Below, piece after piece: positions 1 through 15,055 of a stretch of 64,000 nt of DNA. Positions within the stretch are counted from its first letter, which is position 1. Each line of letters begins with the position of its first letter. The DNA is taken from the NCBI GenBank assembly GCA_938030705.1, contig CALHIR010000010.1:47130-111129 (forward strand), given 5' to 3'. A program made the position numbers and the translations under genes. The notes under the pieces are model-generated. The model had not been told where the DNA came from, ran no database searches, and saw only the letters and a list, made by a program, of their open reading frames with translations. The DNA is from Candidatus Poseidoniaceae archaeon (GTDB lineage Archaea > Thermoplasmatota > Poseidoniia > Poseidoniales > Poseidoniaceae).

Positions 1-327
1 CTCTTCGCCGGGATAGTGTCCACCCTCTTCCTTGGGCCGTACCGTGAAAATAACGGGGAGAGGGATGCTCTCTTTCAGGCTTTGAATGGATTCTTCTACG
101 TCAATGCTCTCTATTTCCCGGACCGGCCATTCACTGTCAGGGGGCATGATGTGCTTGACTTCTCCGTTTTCGTCTTCAACAGCCTCCGCTTCGGGCCGCT
201 TGAGGTACAAACGGTCAAATCGGACTTCAACAAAGTCAGCACCGGCCAAATTTGCTCGAGCGGCTTCATCAGCCATTTCCTTCACGGTCGTGCCTTCCAA
301 TGAGACGCACACTTTTGGGTCAGCCAT
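1..327 (-). CDS. aroD: 3-dehydroquinate dehydratase, type I (3' end outside window)
   Basis: Reverse-strand translation from the ATG at 327 reads MADPKVCVSLEGTTVKEMADEAARANLAGADFVEVRFDRLYL...LPVIFTVRPKEEGG. This matches the type I DHQase pattern (V.VSL..., ADLVE.R.D.L, P.I.T.R...EGG). The frame runs off the window edge, so it is absent from the ORF track. Confidence 0.75.
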   Translation of the reverse strand, partial: MADPKVCVSLEGTTVKEMADEAARANLAGADFVEVRFDRLYLKRPEAEAVEDENGEVKHIMPPDSEWPVREIESIDVEESIQSLKESIPLPVIFTVRPKEEGGHYPGEE

Positions 328-605
328 GACCGCTCCATTTGTGCCCTCTTCTTAACGCTCACGCATCAGGTTGCAACAGGGTATCGGTGTGGCCGGGTTG
401 ATTTTTCCGCTCATTGCGAGCCAAAAAACCCTAAAAAAATCTGAACCGGATTTTCGGCGTTGCGTAGGGGATAAAATGCTTCGCAATGCCTCGTTTTCCA
501 GTGAGAAATTGGGGTACCTTTATACCCCGTAACGAGGAGTAGGAATTAGGGGAGGAAAAAGGCAACTCTGTGATTCAAAGTTGAGCCGCAGCAAGCCGAT
601 TTTAG

Positions 606-5273
<4,668 letters not shown>

Positions 5274-5277
<4 letters not shown>

Positions 5278-6650
5278 AGCGGTGTTCGATGCGGTGCGGG
5301 GCGCCCGCACTGCTAGAATCCGGAAGCGACGCATTCAAACGGGAAGGCGTGTTCTCAAGCGTGCTGGGGGTCTTCACCTCGGCGGTGAGATTGATGGATG
5401 AACATTCTTTGATTTATGATTGGAACACAGTGGAATACGATTTCAATCGTGAAGCATCCAACCACCCGCACGGCGTTTGGTTTGACGATGAAACGCTCAG
5501 GGATGGTTTGCAAAGCCCAAGCGCCCGGAACCCTACCATTGAACAAAAGATCGAACTTCTCGGCTACATGGAACAACTCGGCTTGCAAAAGGTGGACTTG
5601 GGCCTTCCCGGAGCGGGTCCGTTCCACTTGTCTCATATTGACGCCATGCTGACGCACATCAGCGAAAATGACTACGCTATCCGACCAGGTGCTGCCGTTC
5701 GGACGTTGATGGGCGACATTGAACCCTTGGTGGAGATGCAAGCCAAACACGAAATGGAAATCCAAGCCTCTGCTTTCCTCGGCACAAGTCCCATTCGACA
5801 ATACACCGAGGGTTGGACGATGGAGAAGTTGATGACCACCATGGAAAAGGCGGTCTCGTTCGCCGTGGAAAACGATGTTCCGGTCATGTTTGTGACCGAA
5901 GACACCACGCGGTCCAACCCCGAAGATGTGAAGATGATTTATCAGCGCGCCATGGAGCTTGGTGTTCGTCGTCTATGTGTCTGCGACACGTGCGGCCACG
6001 TCACTCCCAACGGCGTCAAGAAACTTCTCGCCTTCATCGATGAAGAAGTCATCAAAGACGCAGGTTATCAGCGCCGAGACATTGAGGTCAACTGGCACGG
6101 CCACCAAGACCGTGGACTGGGTGTGGCCAACAACATCGCTGCTGTTGAAGCAGGTGCCGATGTGATTCACGGTACGGCTCTTGGTGTGGGCGAACGCGCT
6201 GGCAATGCCCCGCTTGACCAAACCTTGGTCAACCTCAAACTCATGGGCGTCATCGACAATGATTTGACTCTCCTTGACACCTACATGCAAAAAGCCAACG
6301 AATACATCGAAGTTCCGCTGCCACGAAACTACCCTGTCTTTGGCGAGGACGCCTTTGAAACGGGAACGGGCGTTCACGCCTCTGCGGTCATCAAGGCCAT
6401 GCGAAAAGGTGACGATTGGCTTGCAGACCGCGTCTATTCCGGTGTGCCTGCCGGCGATTTCGGCTTGAAGCAAGTCATTCGTATCGGCCACATGTCCGGT
6501 CGCTCGAACATCATTTGGTGGCTAGAACAGCACGGTATTGAGCCCGAGGACGACCTCGTCGCTCACCTCTTTGAAGTGGCCAAGAGCCAAAAGCGGAACA
6601 TGATGGATGAAGAGATTCAGGCAGCTGTTGCGGCCTTTACGGCTTCGTGA
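5274..6650 (+). CDS. 2-isopropylmalate/homocitrate/citramalate synthase family protein (DRE-TIM metallolyase)
   Basis: HMGL-like motifs: [38 protein letters not shown] overlap with the gyrA stop. The true start may be an internal Met (MDEHSL..., about 5394). Confidence 0.6.
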
Positions 6651-7979
6651 TCAGGCCGCTTCTTCTTCGAAGTCCTTCTCCTCGCCTGTCGGCTTGGAAC
6701 CCACCCATTCTGAATCGACCGTGCCGCCGCTCCATTCACCATCAAGCGAAACTTCGTTCACTTCGTGCTCCTCTCGCCAGACGCGCTCTTCGAGACTTCC
6801 GTTCACAATGAACTGGCCGTTTTCATCGATTTGTTCTTCCAGCAAGGCAAAATGCTTGGAAATTGGAAGGAAGTGGCCGACAGGCATGCCTGCGGCAGTG
6901 AACGGATTGGTGGCTGCACCGATGATCAAACCGTCTTCGGGAGCGACGATGTCAACGGTCATTCCGGGTGTCCCGGGGTCTGAAATGGTCGCCACCACTT
7001 CTCCTTCGCGCATGACGCTTCCCGCCTGCACAAACATGTCCAAAAGGCCGCCTTCTCCAGCCCGAAGCCACGTTGAGCCACTGGCCATGATGCGGAATTT
7101 TGGACGCTGAGGGTTGCCCGGCACCATGCGCATTGAGCGCAAGGCATTCATGACGCCATGAACAGCCACCTTCACCGATTGATCACCCAGGGTGTCAGCA
7201 CCACCGCCTTCGTAGGTGATGACCGGGATATCCGCTTTGTTGGCGGTTCTCCGTAGCGTTCCCTTCGGTGGAACGGAGTCAAGAAGGATTTCAATGCCGA
7301 AAGATTTGGCCAGTAAGTATGAACTTGTATGGGTGAGGTCAACCCTGACCTGTGGCATATTTTTTCGGCCTTTGGCCGCGCTGTGGAGGTCGATGATACC
7401 ATCACTGTCTTCGACAAGATGGTTCCAGACTTGTGCAGCGACCCGTCGCGTCGTGGACCCGGACGGGTCGCCTGGGAATTGACGATTCAAGTCTCGGCCG
7501 TCAGGGAAATAGCGAGATTTCATCCGGTAGCCGGGCAAATTGACCACAGGGACAATTCTCAACGTTCCGGCCATGCTCTTAGGATCAAGCGGTTTCCCTT
7601 CATCGGTAAACGCATTGCTCAACAGGTGCGTGCATGCTGAAGGCCCGGTCAACTCATCGCCGTGCGTCCCTCCCAAGACGGTGATGCAAGGGCCTGGCCT
7701 TGCACCGTGGATGATGGTCACGGGGATGGGCCACGAATCGCCCAAACTGACATCGAGAAGAGGCAGGTGAACCGTTCGCAACGTACCGGGCTTGATGCGC
7801 TTCCGAAAGAAGCGTACGTCTCCCCAATCCGAGCCTCTGTCCCACTCTGGACGGTCTTCGGTTTGGTGAGCTTTCATCGCTTCGTCGATGGCCATCCGAC
7901 GACGTTTCGGAAGCTCGTGAGCAACACGGACCTTGCGAACGGTCTTCTTCTTCCGACCGGCCATGATTCTTCCACGCAT
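6651..7979 (-). CDS. succinylglutamate desuccinylase/aspartoacylase (AstE/AspA) family zinc deacylase
   Basis: 442 aa. ITVLGGTHGDELTGP zinc-binding signature typical of the AstE_AspA family. Basic N-terminal tail. Confidence 0.55.
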   Translation of the reverse strand: MRGRIMAGRKKKTVRKVRVAHELPKRRRMAIDEAMKAHQTEDRPEWDRGSDWGDVRFFRKRIKPGTLRTVHLPLLDVSLGDSWPIPVTIIHGARPGPCITVLGGTHGDELTGPSACTHLLSNAFTDEGKPLDPKSMAGTLRIVPVVNLPGYRMKSRYFPDGRDLNRQFPGDPSGSTTRRVAAQVWNHLVEDSDGIIDLHSAAKGRKNMPQVRVDLTHTSSYLLAKSFGIEILLDSVPPKGTLRRTANKADIPVITYEGGGADTLGDQSVKVAVHGVMNALRSMRMVPGNPQRPKFRIMASGSTWLRAGEGGLLDMFVQAGSVMREGEVVATISDPGTPGMTVDIVAPEDGLIIGAATNPFTAAGMPVGHFLPISKHFALLEEQIDENGQFIVNGSLEERVWREEHEVNEVSLDGEWSGGTVDSEWVGSKPTGEEKDFEEEAA

Positions 7980-8048
7980 GCCTCCATCATCAACACTCCG
8001 CTAAAGGTGGAGGGAAGAACCATCAATCGGCTGAGGCAACCCTCCCAT

Positions 8049-8516
8049 ATGGGCGAAGACGGTGTCCAACGAATCTACGCTCCCTCGTCAATTTGCTTTG
8101 GCTGTGGTCCAGCCAACGAACACGGTCTCCAAATCAACTCCTTTCGTGTAGAGGGTGGTCTCCGCATGGAGTTCCTTCCAGAGGAACACCACCAAGCCTT
8201 CCCGGGTATGGTGAACGGTGGTATCATCGGCACCTTGCTCGATTGTCATGGGAATTGGACCGCCGCTGTCGCCCTTATGGACGACCAAAAGTTGGACGAA
8301 CCCCCGTGTACGGTTACGGCGAAGTACGATGTTCAACTTCGTCGCCCAACGCCTCTTGGAGCCATGCTCACGGTCATCAGCCAAACCACTGAAGTTTTGG
8401 AAGACAGGGTTACGGTGAAGTTGACCCTTGAGGCTGAAGGCAAGGTCTGCGCCACGGGGAGCGGTCTTTTCGTTGCGGTAAAAGAGGGCCATCCGGCCTA
8501 TCACCGTTGGTCATGA
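8049..8516 (+). CDS. hotdog-fold acyl-CoA thioesterase (PaaI/4HBT-like)
   Basis: C-terminal 156 aa of ORF 7662..8516 (GMVNGGIIGTLLDCHGNW...). The upstream 129 codons overlap the AstE gene on the other strand, so the start was moved to the internal ATG at 8049. Confidence 0.55.
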   Translation: MGEDGVQRIYAPSSICFGCGPANEHGLQINSFRVEGGLRMEFLPEEHHQAFPGMVNGGIIGTLLDCHGNWTAAVALMDDQKLDEPPCTVTAKYDVQLRRPTPLGAMLTVISQTTEVLEDRVTVKLTLEAEGKVCATGSGLFVAVKEGHPAYHRWS

Positions 8517-8519
8517 GGG

Positions 8520-9056
8520 ATGCGGTTGGTCAAGCCGAACAGCCGACAACTGACCTTTCTGAACGGTCTGAGGCAGGATGTTCTCGAGCACATGGCTTTG
8601 ATGCCCTTCCTCCATTCGGCCGACTTCACCGCCCTTGGGATGACATCTTTGGGCGTTTTACGCTCCAACGCAACACAGCGTCACGGTGTGACTCGCTGGA
8701 CGGTTGATACTTCAGGGGACTTGGTGGTCGATGTCGTCGACCTTCATCCTGGTCTCCTGAATGATAAATGGCGGGATTACGCGTTGTTTGTCATGTACCA
8801 TGAATTTCTCCATGTTCTCGGGCATCGTGCCCATGATGCTCCTTTTCGAACCATGGAAGCGCAATGGCCAGACCAAATCGGGGCTTCTCGGGGCAAGGCT
8901 TTCACACACGAACGGCGATTGATGAGGGCCAAGTGGCATTGGGTCTGTCCGACCTGCGAACTTCGTTTTCCTCGCCAGCGAAGAGGTAGCGGTAGGTACC
9001 TGTGTCGAACGTGTCGCTCGGTCCTCCTCGATGTGCCCGTGCAGGACATTCAATGA
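8520..9056 (+). CDS. SprT-like zinc metalloprotease with C-terminal zinc ribbon
   Basis: 178 aa. HEFLHVLGH (HExxH) followed by CPTCE...CRTCRS (two CxxC pairs). Confidence 0.5.
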   Translation: MRLVKPNSRQLTFLNGLRQDVLEHMALMPFLHSADFTALGMTSLGVLRSNATQRHGVTRWTVDTSGDLVVDVVDLHPGLLNDKWRDYALFVMYHEFLHVLGHRAHDAPFRTMEAQWPDQIGASRGKAFTHERRLMRAKWHWVCPTCELRFPRQRRGSGRYLCRTCRSVLLDVPVQDIQ

Positions 9057-9080
9057 AATACTCCCTCATGTTGGTGAGGC

Positions 9081-11126
9081 TTGATGATGAACGGCTCTCG
9101 CCAGAGGCAAAGGCCGTTTCTGTTGGTCATGAGTCTCCTGTTGGTGATGGTTCATCCAGCCCTTCCTGCTTCCGCCGGTATCACCCAAGAAAGCGGGGAT
9201 CTCTTCCTCTCTTGCCGGGCGGATAACGACTGTGTTCTTACCCCAACCCCGGTTGGGGAGGAGGAAGTCTCGGGGCAAACGTTCGCCAACCTGTTCCAAC
9301 CCGAAGTGTTGACGTTTGAATTTGTGATGGACCCTGTTCAGCACCATGTGGCGTTGCTTCCTGAAATTCTTCAGGAATTCCAACTTGATTTCAAACACCA
9401 AACCGAAGCAGGAAGTCCGTTCCGGCCGGCTGTTGAACTTCGACTGATTCTCGGCCAAAACGTCAACGATTGGTCTTTTGAAGCCAGCACTCTTCCTGAA
9501 ATTGCATCCTCCAATTATGTTCTTGAAAACGAGCCGTTGAACCTTAATGAAGGTCGAATTCTCTGGGAGAGCGACCCCGTTCGCCTGTTGTTTTCGGTCA
9601 CCCTTGACCGTCCGGGGACATGGTCGTTGAACATGAGGGGGGCTTCATTCCTCAAACTCGATGTCCCGTGGTCCATCGATGGAGCACTTGCTGATTTGGA
9701 TGAACCCTCCTCCACCACACAACCGGTGGAAACGGTCTTCGAAGACATCCACCGTGGCGCTTTGGTGGGGGCTGACCACGATTGCTGGGCCTTTGAGGTT
9801 GAGACACACGAAGTCCTCCGATTGATGGTTGAATGGGAACTCGTGCCCATCGAAATTGAACAACCTCATCCAGTTCCCGACCTTGTGACGGCGGCCGGGC
9901 GGCTTTCTCCATCACCGGATGTGGTGGTGGATGACGATGGCGAGTCCCTGAAAATTACCTATAGATGGCGTGCCCTCCCCACCGGAGACTACACGCTGTG
10001 CATGCACGGTTCACCTGACAAAATTCAATCCTATTCGTGGTCCGGTGTGTTCGGCTACGAAGGGCTTGGCCCTACCGACCCAAGTGGTTTTGCTTCGGCA
10101 AGTTACTACCCACAAGGGGCTGCCTTTGTCGGTGATCTCGAACGTCCCGAGCAACTCGATGACCACGGCGTGGGTTTGCTGTTGGTTTCGGTGATGATGC
10201 TTCTGTTGTTCTTGGTGGTGGCCATGCGCCCAACCACGGCCTACGGCGTTCGTTTTGGTTTGTTTGTCCCCGGGGTGTTGATGTTGTTGGTTGGCGGTGT
10301 TTTGCATCCGCTTTGGGCGATGGCCGATGAGGTTCAACATCAGGACGAAATCACGCTTGATACCTTGATCGAGATGCGGCTTCAACAACTTTGGGACGTC
10401 TCGGCCGAGGGTGTCCCCGAGCAAACGCTTTACACGCACACTGGGGCAACTTGGGGCATGTTAGAGGGCGAGCGATTGAAGATGAAGTTGGACATTGAGG
10501 AGGCCATTCCGCTGGATGATGGCCGATGGCAGTTGGTGGTTCCTGAATTGGAATCCTTGCGTTTGGACCAGGTGATTTTTGGCCAGGTCGCCAAGGGAGA
10601 AAACCAGCAAACGCAACAGGGTATGTTGGAAAGCCAAACGGTTCGTTTCATTCTCCTCGCTGGCCGCTCCCTGCTGCTGGATTTACTGATTCTCGAAGCC
10701 ATGTTGGTGGTGGATGAAAAACCTGAATCCTCGGTCATCCACATCGATACTGAGATGCTGGCTGCGCCGGCTACGGGTTCCTTTGCAGCTCCCGCATGGG
10801 CCACACGGCCTGCGAGTGTAAGTTCGGATGAATGGGTACGTCTCCAAGGTTCGCTGTTCCCAGAACGCATTTCCATCTCCCTTTGCGATTGTGATTTGGA
10901 TTTGCTGGACGTTTTGTTCATTGCTTCCGACGGCTTTGACAGCAGCGATATTCCACCCTCATGGGGGGTGGAGAGCGCTTCGGGTTTGTTGCCTTACGGG
11001 AGTTCCTTGATGTTGGGTGGGTTGGCTTTGGGGCTCGCGGCGACGTGGATGGAAGTCCAACGAAAAGCGAGAGCAGAACAATTGGCGCAGGCCTATGGGG
11101 CCCAAACCGACGGTCAGTGGACCTGA
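9081..11126 (+). CDS. secreted/membrane-anchored hypothetical protein
   Basis: 681 aa. N-terminal signal peptide (LLVMSLLLVMVHPALPASA), two central TM helices, C-terminal TM (LMLGGLALGLAATWM). No recognisable catalytic motif. Confidence 0.6.
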   Translation: MMMNGSRQRQRPFLLVMSLLLVMVHPALPASAGITQESGDLFLSCRADNDCVLTPTPVGEEEVSGQTFANLFQPEVLTFEFVMDPVQHHVALLPEILQEFQLDFKHQTEAGSPFRPAVELRLILGQNVNDWSFEASTLPEIASSNYVLENEPLNLNEGRILWESDPVRLLFSVTLDRPGTWSLNMRGASFLKLDVPWSIDGALADLDEPSSTTQPVETVFEDIHRGALVGADHDCWAFEVETHEVLRLMVEWELVPIEIEQPHPVPDLVTAAGRLSPSPDVVVDDDGESLKITYRWRALPTGDYTLCMHGSPDKIQSYSWSGVFGYEGLGPTDPSGFASASYYPQGAAFVGDLERPEQLDDHGVGLLLVSVMMLLLFLVVAMRPTTAYGVRFGLFVPGVLMLLVGGVLHPLWAMADEVQHQDEITLDTLIEMRLQQLWDVSAEGVPEQTLYTHTGATWGMLEGERLKMKLDIEEAIPLDDGRWQLVVPELESLRLDQVIFGQVAKGENQQTQQGMLESQTVRFILLAGRSLLLDLLILEAMLVVDEKPESSVIHIDTEMLAAPATGSFAAPAWATRPASVSSDEWVRLQGSLFPERISISLCDCDLDLLDVLFIASDGFDSSDIPPSWGVESASGLLPYGSSLMLGGLALGLAATWMEVQRKARAEQLAQAYGAQTDGQWT

Positions 11127-11735
11127 TCACGCCTTGTCCAGTTCCTTGTTGACGGCCTTAGCGGTTTCTTCTTCCGTCATCTTGGCTGCCTTGGCGGCAG
11201 TCTCGATTGATTTTGCTTCTTCATCGGTGATTTCTCCGTCAGCGGCTGCGGACTTGATGGCTGCCTTCACGTTCAGGTTGGCTGCCTCCTCATCGCTGAT
11301 GCCGAGGGCTTCTTGGAAGGATTTCAGTTCCTTTAACTCCGCTTCGGTGATGACGCCGTCTTCCCACGCTGATTCGTAAGCGTGGACGAGGAATTCCTTG
11401 TAGGCGTCTTGGTTGAGCAAGACGTCCCGGATTAAGCCGGTATCGACTCCTTGGTCGTTGTTGACCATATCGAGGAGGGCAATCGAGCGTCGTACTTCTT
11501 TCACGCCCATGTCCTTGAGTCCGTGCCCGGCCCAAACTGCTCCAGCAGCAACCACGGCTGCCGCGAACCAGCGCATGATGTCCGGGTCAACGAGGTTTCC
11601 TGGCTCAACGAGATGGAACACCCCGAGCACGACCATAGCGGCCCCGCACATCACTTCGACCCAATCGTTCAGGTCGGGTTCATCATCAAACACCGATAGT
11701 CGTTCCTCAACCATGGCGTCTCGCTCGTCGCTCAT
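11127..11735 (-). CDS. TerB-like domain membrane protein
   Basis: Start trimmed to the internal Met (MSDERD...). One TM segment, then acidic helical repeats (DGVITEAELKELKSFQEALGISDEEAANL, DGEITDEEAKSIE) resembling TerB/DjlA-N modules. Confidence 0.4.
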   Translation of the reverse strand: MSDERDAMVEERLSVFDDEPDLNDWVEVMCGAAMVVLGVFHLVEPGNLVDPDIMRWFAAAVVAAGAVWAGHGLKDMGVKEVRRSIALLDMVNNDQGVDTGLIRDVLLNQDAYKEFLVHAYESAWEDGVITEAELKELKSFQEALGISDEEAANLNVKAAIKSAAADGEITDEEAKSIETAAKAAKMTEEETAKAVNKELDKA

Positions 11736-11817
11736 GACCCGACCATGGACAGGTGGAACTTGTAAGTGTCGGCAAGAAAAGCAGGGCGTTGTCCTTTTGA
11801 ACCGCTGCCCAACATGA

Positions 11818-14424
11818 GTGGGTATGAAGGTGGACGACAGGGTGGTTTCGAGCCTTCCCCTTCCTCTCCCTTTCCTTACCTTTCTCCAGCAAAACTGGGG
11901 CATTGATCGCTTGCATCCTCCTCAGGCCAAGGCCATTCCGAGCATACTTGCGGGCCGAAACACCTTGGTGGCTATTCCGACGGCTTCGGGTAAATCCTTA
12001 CTCGCTTACATGGGCATGGTGAAGCGCCTTTCCGAAGGCCATGAACGCTCCAAAGCGGTCTACATCGTTCCCCTCAAGGCCTTGGCGATGGAGAAATACG
12101 AGGAACTGAAGGAAATTGCAACGGCCTTGGGTCTCACGGTCGGTTTGGGGATTGGTGATGCCACCGCCGAAGCCAAGAACATCGATGAATGCAACATTCT
12201 TGTTTGCACATCGGAAAAACTGGATTCACTGTTGCGTCATCGGGCCGAACTCGTCGCTGATGTTTGCTGTGTGGTCGCCGATGAATTCCATCTCATGAAC
12301 GACGGAACACGTGGACCTACGCTGGAAATCAACTTGACGCGACTTCGGCACATCAAACCGGACGCACAAATCATCGCTTTGTCAGCCACCGTTGGGAATT
12401 CACCACAATTGGCGACGTGGCTTGATGCTGACTTGATTCAATCGGATTGGCGACCGGTGGCTTTGGAATACGCTACCTTCCATGATTTCCACGTTGAGCC
12501 AAGAAAGATTCAATCTCCAAGCGAAGAGGGTAAAACAGCGGCACTGAGCCCTCCCCGAGATCTCATCGGTCTGAAGAGTCATCCAGTTTGGAGTGTCGTG
12601 AGCGACGGCTTGGACCAAGATGCGCAGGTGCTGATGTTTGTCGGCACCCGAAGAAGCGCCCAATCTGAGGCGAAAAATTTGGCGAAACGTGTTCGCAAAC
12701 GCCTCGTGAAGGAGGACCCCGAGCGGTTGGAAAAACTCGAAGCCTTTGCCGGTCATCTCGCAGGACGTAGCCAATCCAACCTCGCTGAGCAACTGTCCGC
12801 TTGCCTCTCATCTGGGGTTGCTTTTCATCATGCAGGCTTGACCAATGCCCAGCGCAAGGACGTAGAGGCCGCCTTCAAATCCGGTCTTTTGGTGGCCCTG
12901 ACCGCTACGCCAACCCTCGCTGCGGGCGTGAATTTGCCCGCTCGACGAGTGTTGGTTAGAGATCTCAAGCGTTGGGACGATGGTATGAGCCGTCCCCTTC
13001 CGGTGATGGAGGTGCGCCAAATGCTCGGGAGGGCTGGTCGCCCCAAGTACGACACCAAAGGAGAGGCTTGGGTTTACTGCAAGGGAACGGATGGATGGGA
13101 GGTGGCTGACGCCGTTGCCGATCGCTATTTCTTTGGCCCCATCGAAGACATAACCTCCAAACTCGCCTCTGAGCCAGCCCTCCGAATGCACCTTTTGGCC
13201 AGCATCGCCACGGGAGGTTTGGTCCACAAAGGGTCGCTAGAGCATTTCTTTTCCTCAACCTTCCTCGGGGCCTCACTTCCTCCTTCACAACTGCGAGAGC
13301 GCCTCACCACGATGCTGGATTGGTTGGTTGAGGAACGGTTCGTCCGAAAATGCGGTCTGGACGAACATTTCACCTCGCCCTGGGTCGACGCCGCCGTTGA
13401 CGATGAGGAAGCTTGGGACGATACCGTTCCCGTTTGGGCGTCAAGCGCCCGTACCACACAAGGCGTTTCGTGGACGCCAGAGGGTCAGCCGCAGCCTCCT
13501 GGCCGGCGCCCGGCAAGTGCACACGACACTCCCTCAATTGGATTCTCAAGAGCCACCTCTTTGTCTCGGACGGGTGGCTGGGCTCAACCGGTAGCAGAAG
13601 ATGGACCCAACATGCGCTACGAGGCCACGCCGATGGGTGAACGGGTGACACAGTTGTATCTTGACCCGCTCTCTGCTTCTGTTCTCCGCCGGGGTTTGCG
13701 CCGAGCCGTTCGCCGTTCCGTCCGCCAAGACGGCCCCGTGACTGATTTCGGACTTCTGCACCTGGCCGTCGCAACGCCCGACTTTGTTTCGCTTTGGGCT
13801 AAATCTGCCGATATGGAAGTGAATTCACCAACATGGCTGAAGGCCAACGCTGCGGAGGACGAATTACTGATTGAGCCTGGATATGCTGAGGCTCTGTTGA
13901 GCGATATCAAATCGGCATGGATGGTCGAGGAATGGACCGAGGAGACCACCCTTCGTCAACTTGAGGAGACACTGGAGGTCTCACCCGGTGATGTCCATCA
14001 TCGTGTGGATTTGATGGGTTGGTTGCTTTCTGGGGCTCAACATGTGTTGTTGACCGATGATGTATTTGCGGAAGAGCATCTTCCTGTAGTCGCCTCCATT
14101 GTCCAACAGTTGAGTACCCTCCAGCAACGGGTTCGTCACGGTTGTAAACCCGATTTACTTCAACTCGTCAACATTCGTCATGTTGGCCGTCAACGTGCTC
14201 GCGAACTGGCGGCCTTGGGCATGCGAGAGCCGAAAGACGTCCTGAAAATGTCGAACAAACATCGTGAGGCTTTGCTTGCAAAACGCGGATGGGGGCCCGT
14301 TCTTTTGGAGAAGATCCACGTCGAAATCAACCGGGTGCTGAAGAGGGCAGCCTCAAACCCATCTGCGCCTCTCTCCAGGGATGACGACGCACCTTTGGCT
14401 GGTGAGCGAAGGGAGCATGATTGA
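11818..14424 (+). CDS. hel308: Hel308/Ski2-like DNA helicase
   Basis: 868 aa. Walker A (AIPTASGKS), DEFH box (VVADEFHLMND), SAT (ALSATVGN), helicase C motifs (HHAGL, TPTLAAGVNLPARRV), winged-helix/ratchet C-terminus. Carries a low-complexity insertion of about 70 aa. Confidence 0.85.
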   Translation: MGMKVDDRVVSSLPLPLPFLTFLQQNWGIDRLHPPQAKAIPSILAGRNTLVAIPTASGKSLLAYMGMVKRLSEGHERSKAVYIVPLKALAMEKYEELKEIATALGLTVGLGIGDATAEAKNIDECNILVCTSEKLDSLLRHRAELVADVCCVVADEFHLMNDGTRGPTLEINLTRLRHIKPDAQIIALSATVGNSPQLATWLDADLIQSDWRPVALEYATFHDFHVEPRKIQSPSEEGKTAALSPPRDLIGLKSHPVWSVVSDGLDQDAQVLMFVGTRRSAQSEAKNLAKRVRKRLVKEDPERLEKLEAFAGHLAGRSQSNLAEQLSACLSSGVAFHHAGLTNAQRKDVEAAFKSGLLVALTATPTLAAGVNLPARRVLVRDLKRWDDGMSRPLPVMEVRQMLGRAGRPKYDTKGEAWVYCKGTDGWEVADAVADRYFFGPIEDITSKLASEPALRMHLLASIATGGLVHKGSLEHFFSSTFLGASLPPSQLRERLTTMLDWLVEERFVRKCGLDEHFTSPWVDAAVDDEEAWDDTVPVWASSARTTQGVSWTPEGQPQPPGRRPASAHDTPSIGFSRATSLSRTGGWAQPVAEDGPNMRYEATPMGERVTQLYLDPLSASVLRRGLRRAVRRSVRQDGPVTDFGLLHLAVATPDFVSLWAKSADMEVNSPTWLKANAAEDELLIEPGYAEALLSDIKSAWMVEEWTEETTLRQLEETLEVSPGDVHHRVDLMGWLLSGAQHVLLTDDVFAEEHLPVVASIVQQLSTLQQRVRHGCKPDLLQLVNIRHVGRQRARELAALGMREPKDVLKMSNKHREALLAKRGWGPVLLEKIHVEINRVLKRAASNPSAPLSRDDDAPLAGERREHD

Positions 14425-14451
14425 AAACCAAAGGCTTGGTGGGTTGAAATC

Positions 14452-15018
14452 ATGGGTTTCCCGGCTTTCCCATGCCATGGCGTTTGTGTTGGTAGCGGTT
14501 CGCCACAGACGCATGTGGAGGCTTTCTTGAGGACGCGCCCATCGTCCAATTGGGTGCTTTTGGGTCAACACGCGGTGATGAGCCATGAACAACTGTGGAC
14601 GGCTTGGATTCAAGCTGCCCGGAACGCATTGAGAAAGCGCATGGTCGCTCGTAGCATTGACGCTGAATTTCTCAGGTACCTGGCTGGCACCCACCACATC
14701 TCAGAAGCCTTCAGTCGCGCCGGCCTTCAAGACGGTCAAACCATGGCTTGGGTGGTGTGTTTGCCCGCGGCGAAGGGCTTGGAAAACGACCTCGGCCACC
14801 TTCAGCCGGTGGCGGAGGATGTTGTTGATTTTGAGTCCAAACTTTCAGCGCTGGTGAACCAACTTGGGTGGTCCCTCGGTACTTTGGCTGCCACCTTTTC
14901 TATAGAGGGAGCGAGACAATTGGGTGTCGACGTTGACGGGTGGGAAGGCGTCCGAAGTTCCGAATCCATCCTTGCACACATTCTCATGGCCGATGACCAA
15001 AGTTCCTCTCACCGTTAA
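14452..15018 (+). CDS. hypothetical protein
   Basis: 188-aa ORF in the Hel308/TldD intergenic space. No confident family assignment; only a weak Cgi121-like impression. Confidence 0.35.
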   Translation: MGFPAFPCHGVCVGSGSPQTHVEAFLRTRPSSNWVLLGQHAVMSHEQLWTAWIQAARNALRKRMVARSIDAEFLRYLAGTHHISEAFSRAGLQDGQTMAWVVCLPAAKGLENDLGHLQPVAEDVVDFESKLSALVNQLGWSLGTLAATFSIEGARQLGVDVDGWEGVRSSESILAHILMADDQSSSHR

Positions 15019-15055
15019 TGGGAGGGTTGAAAGGCTCCCACTTCTTGGTCTCTTC

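Noticed and set aside
7662-8048. N-terminal 129-codon extension of the thioesterase ORF
   Set aside because: It overlaps the AstE/AspA-family gene on the opposite strand by about 300 nt. The hotdog domain begins at the internal ATG at 8049.
14924-15055. N-terminal 44-codon extension of the TldD ORF
   Set aside because: It overlaps the preceding ORF by about 95 nt. The conserved TldD N-terminal region begins after MVMAKR.
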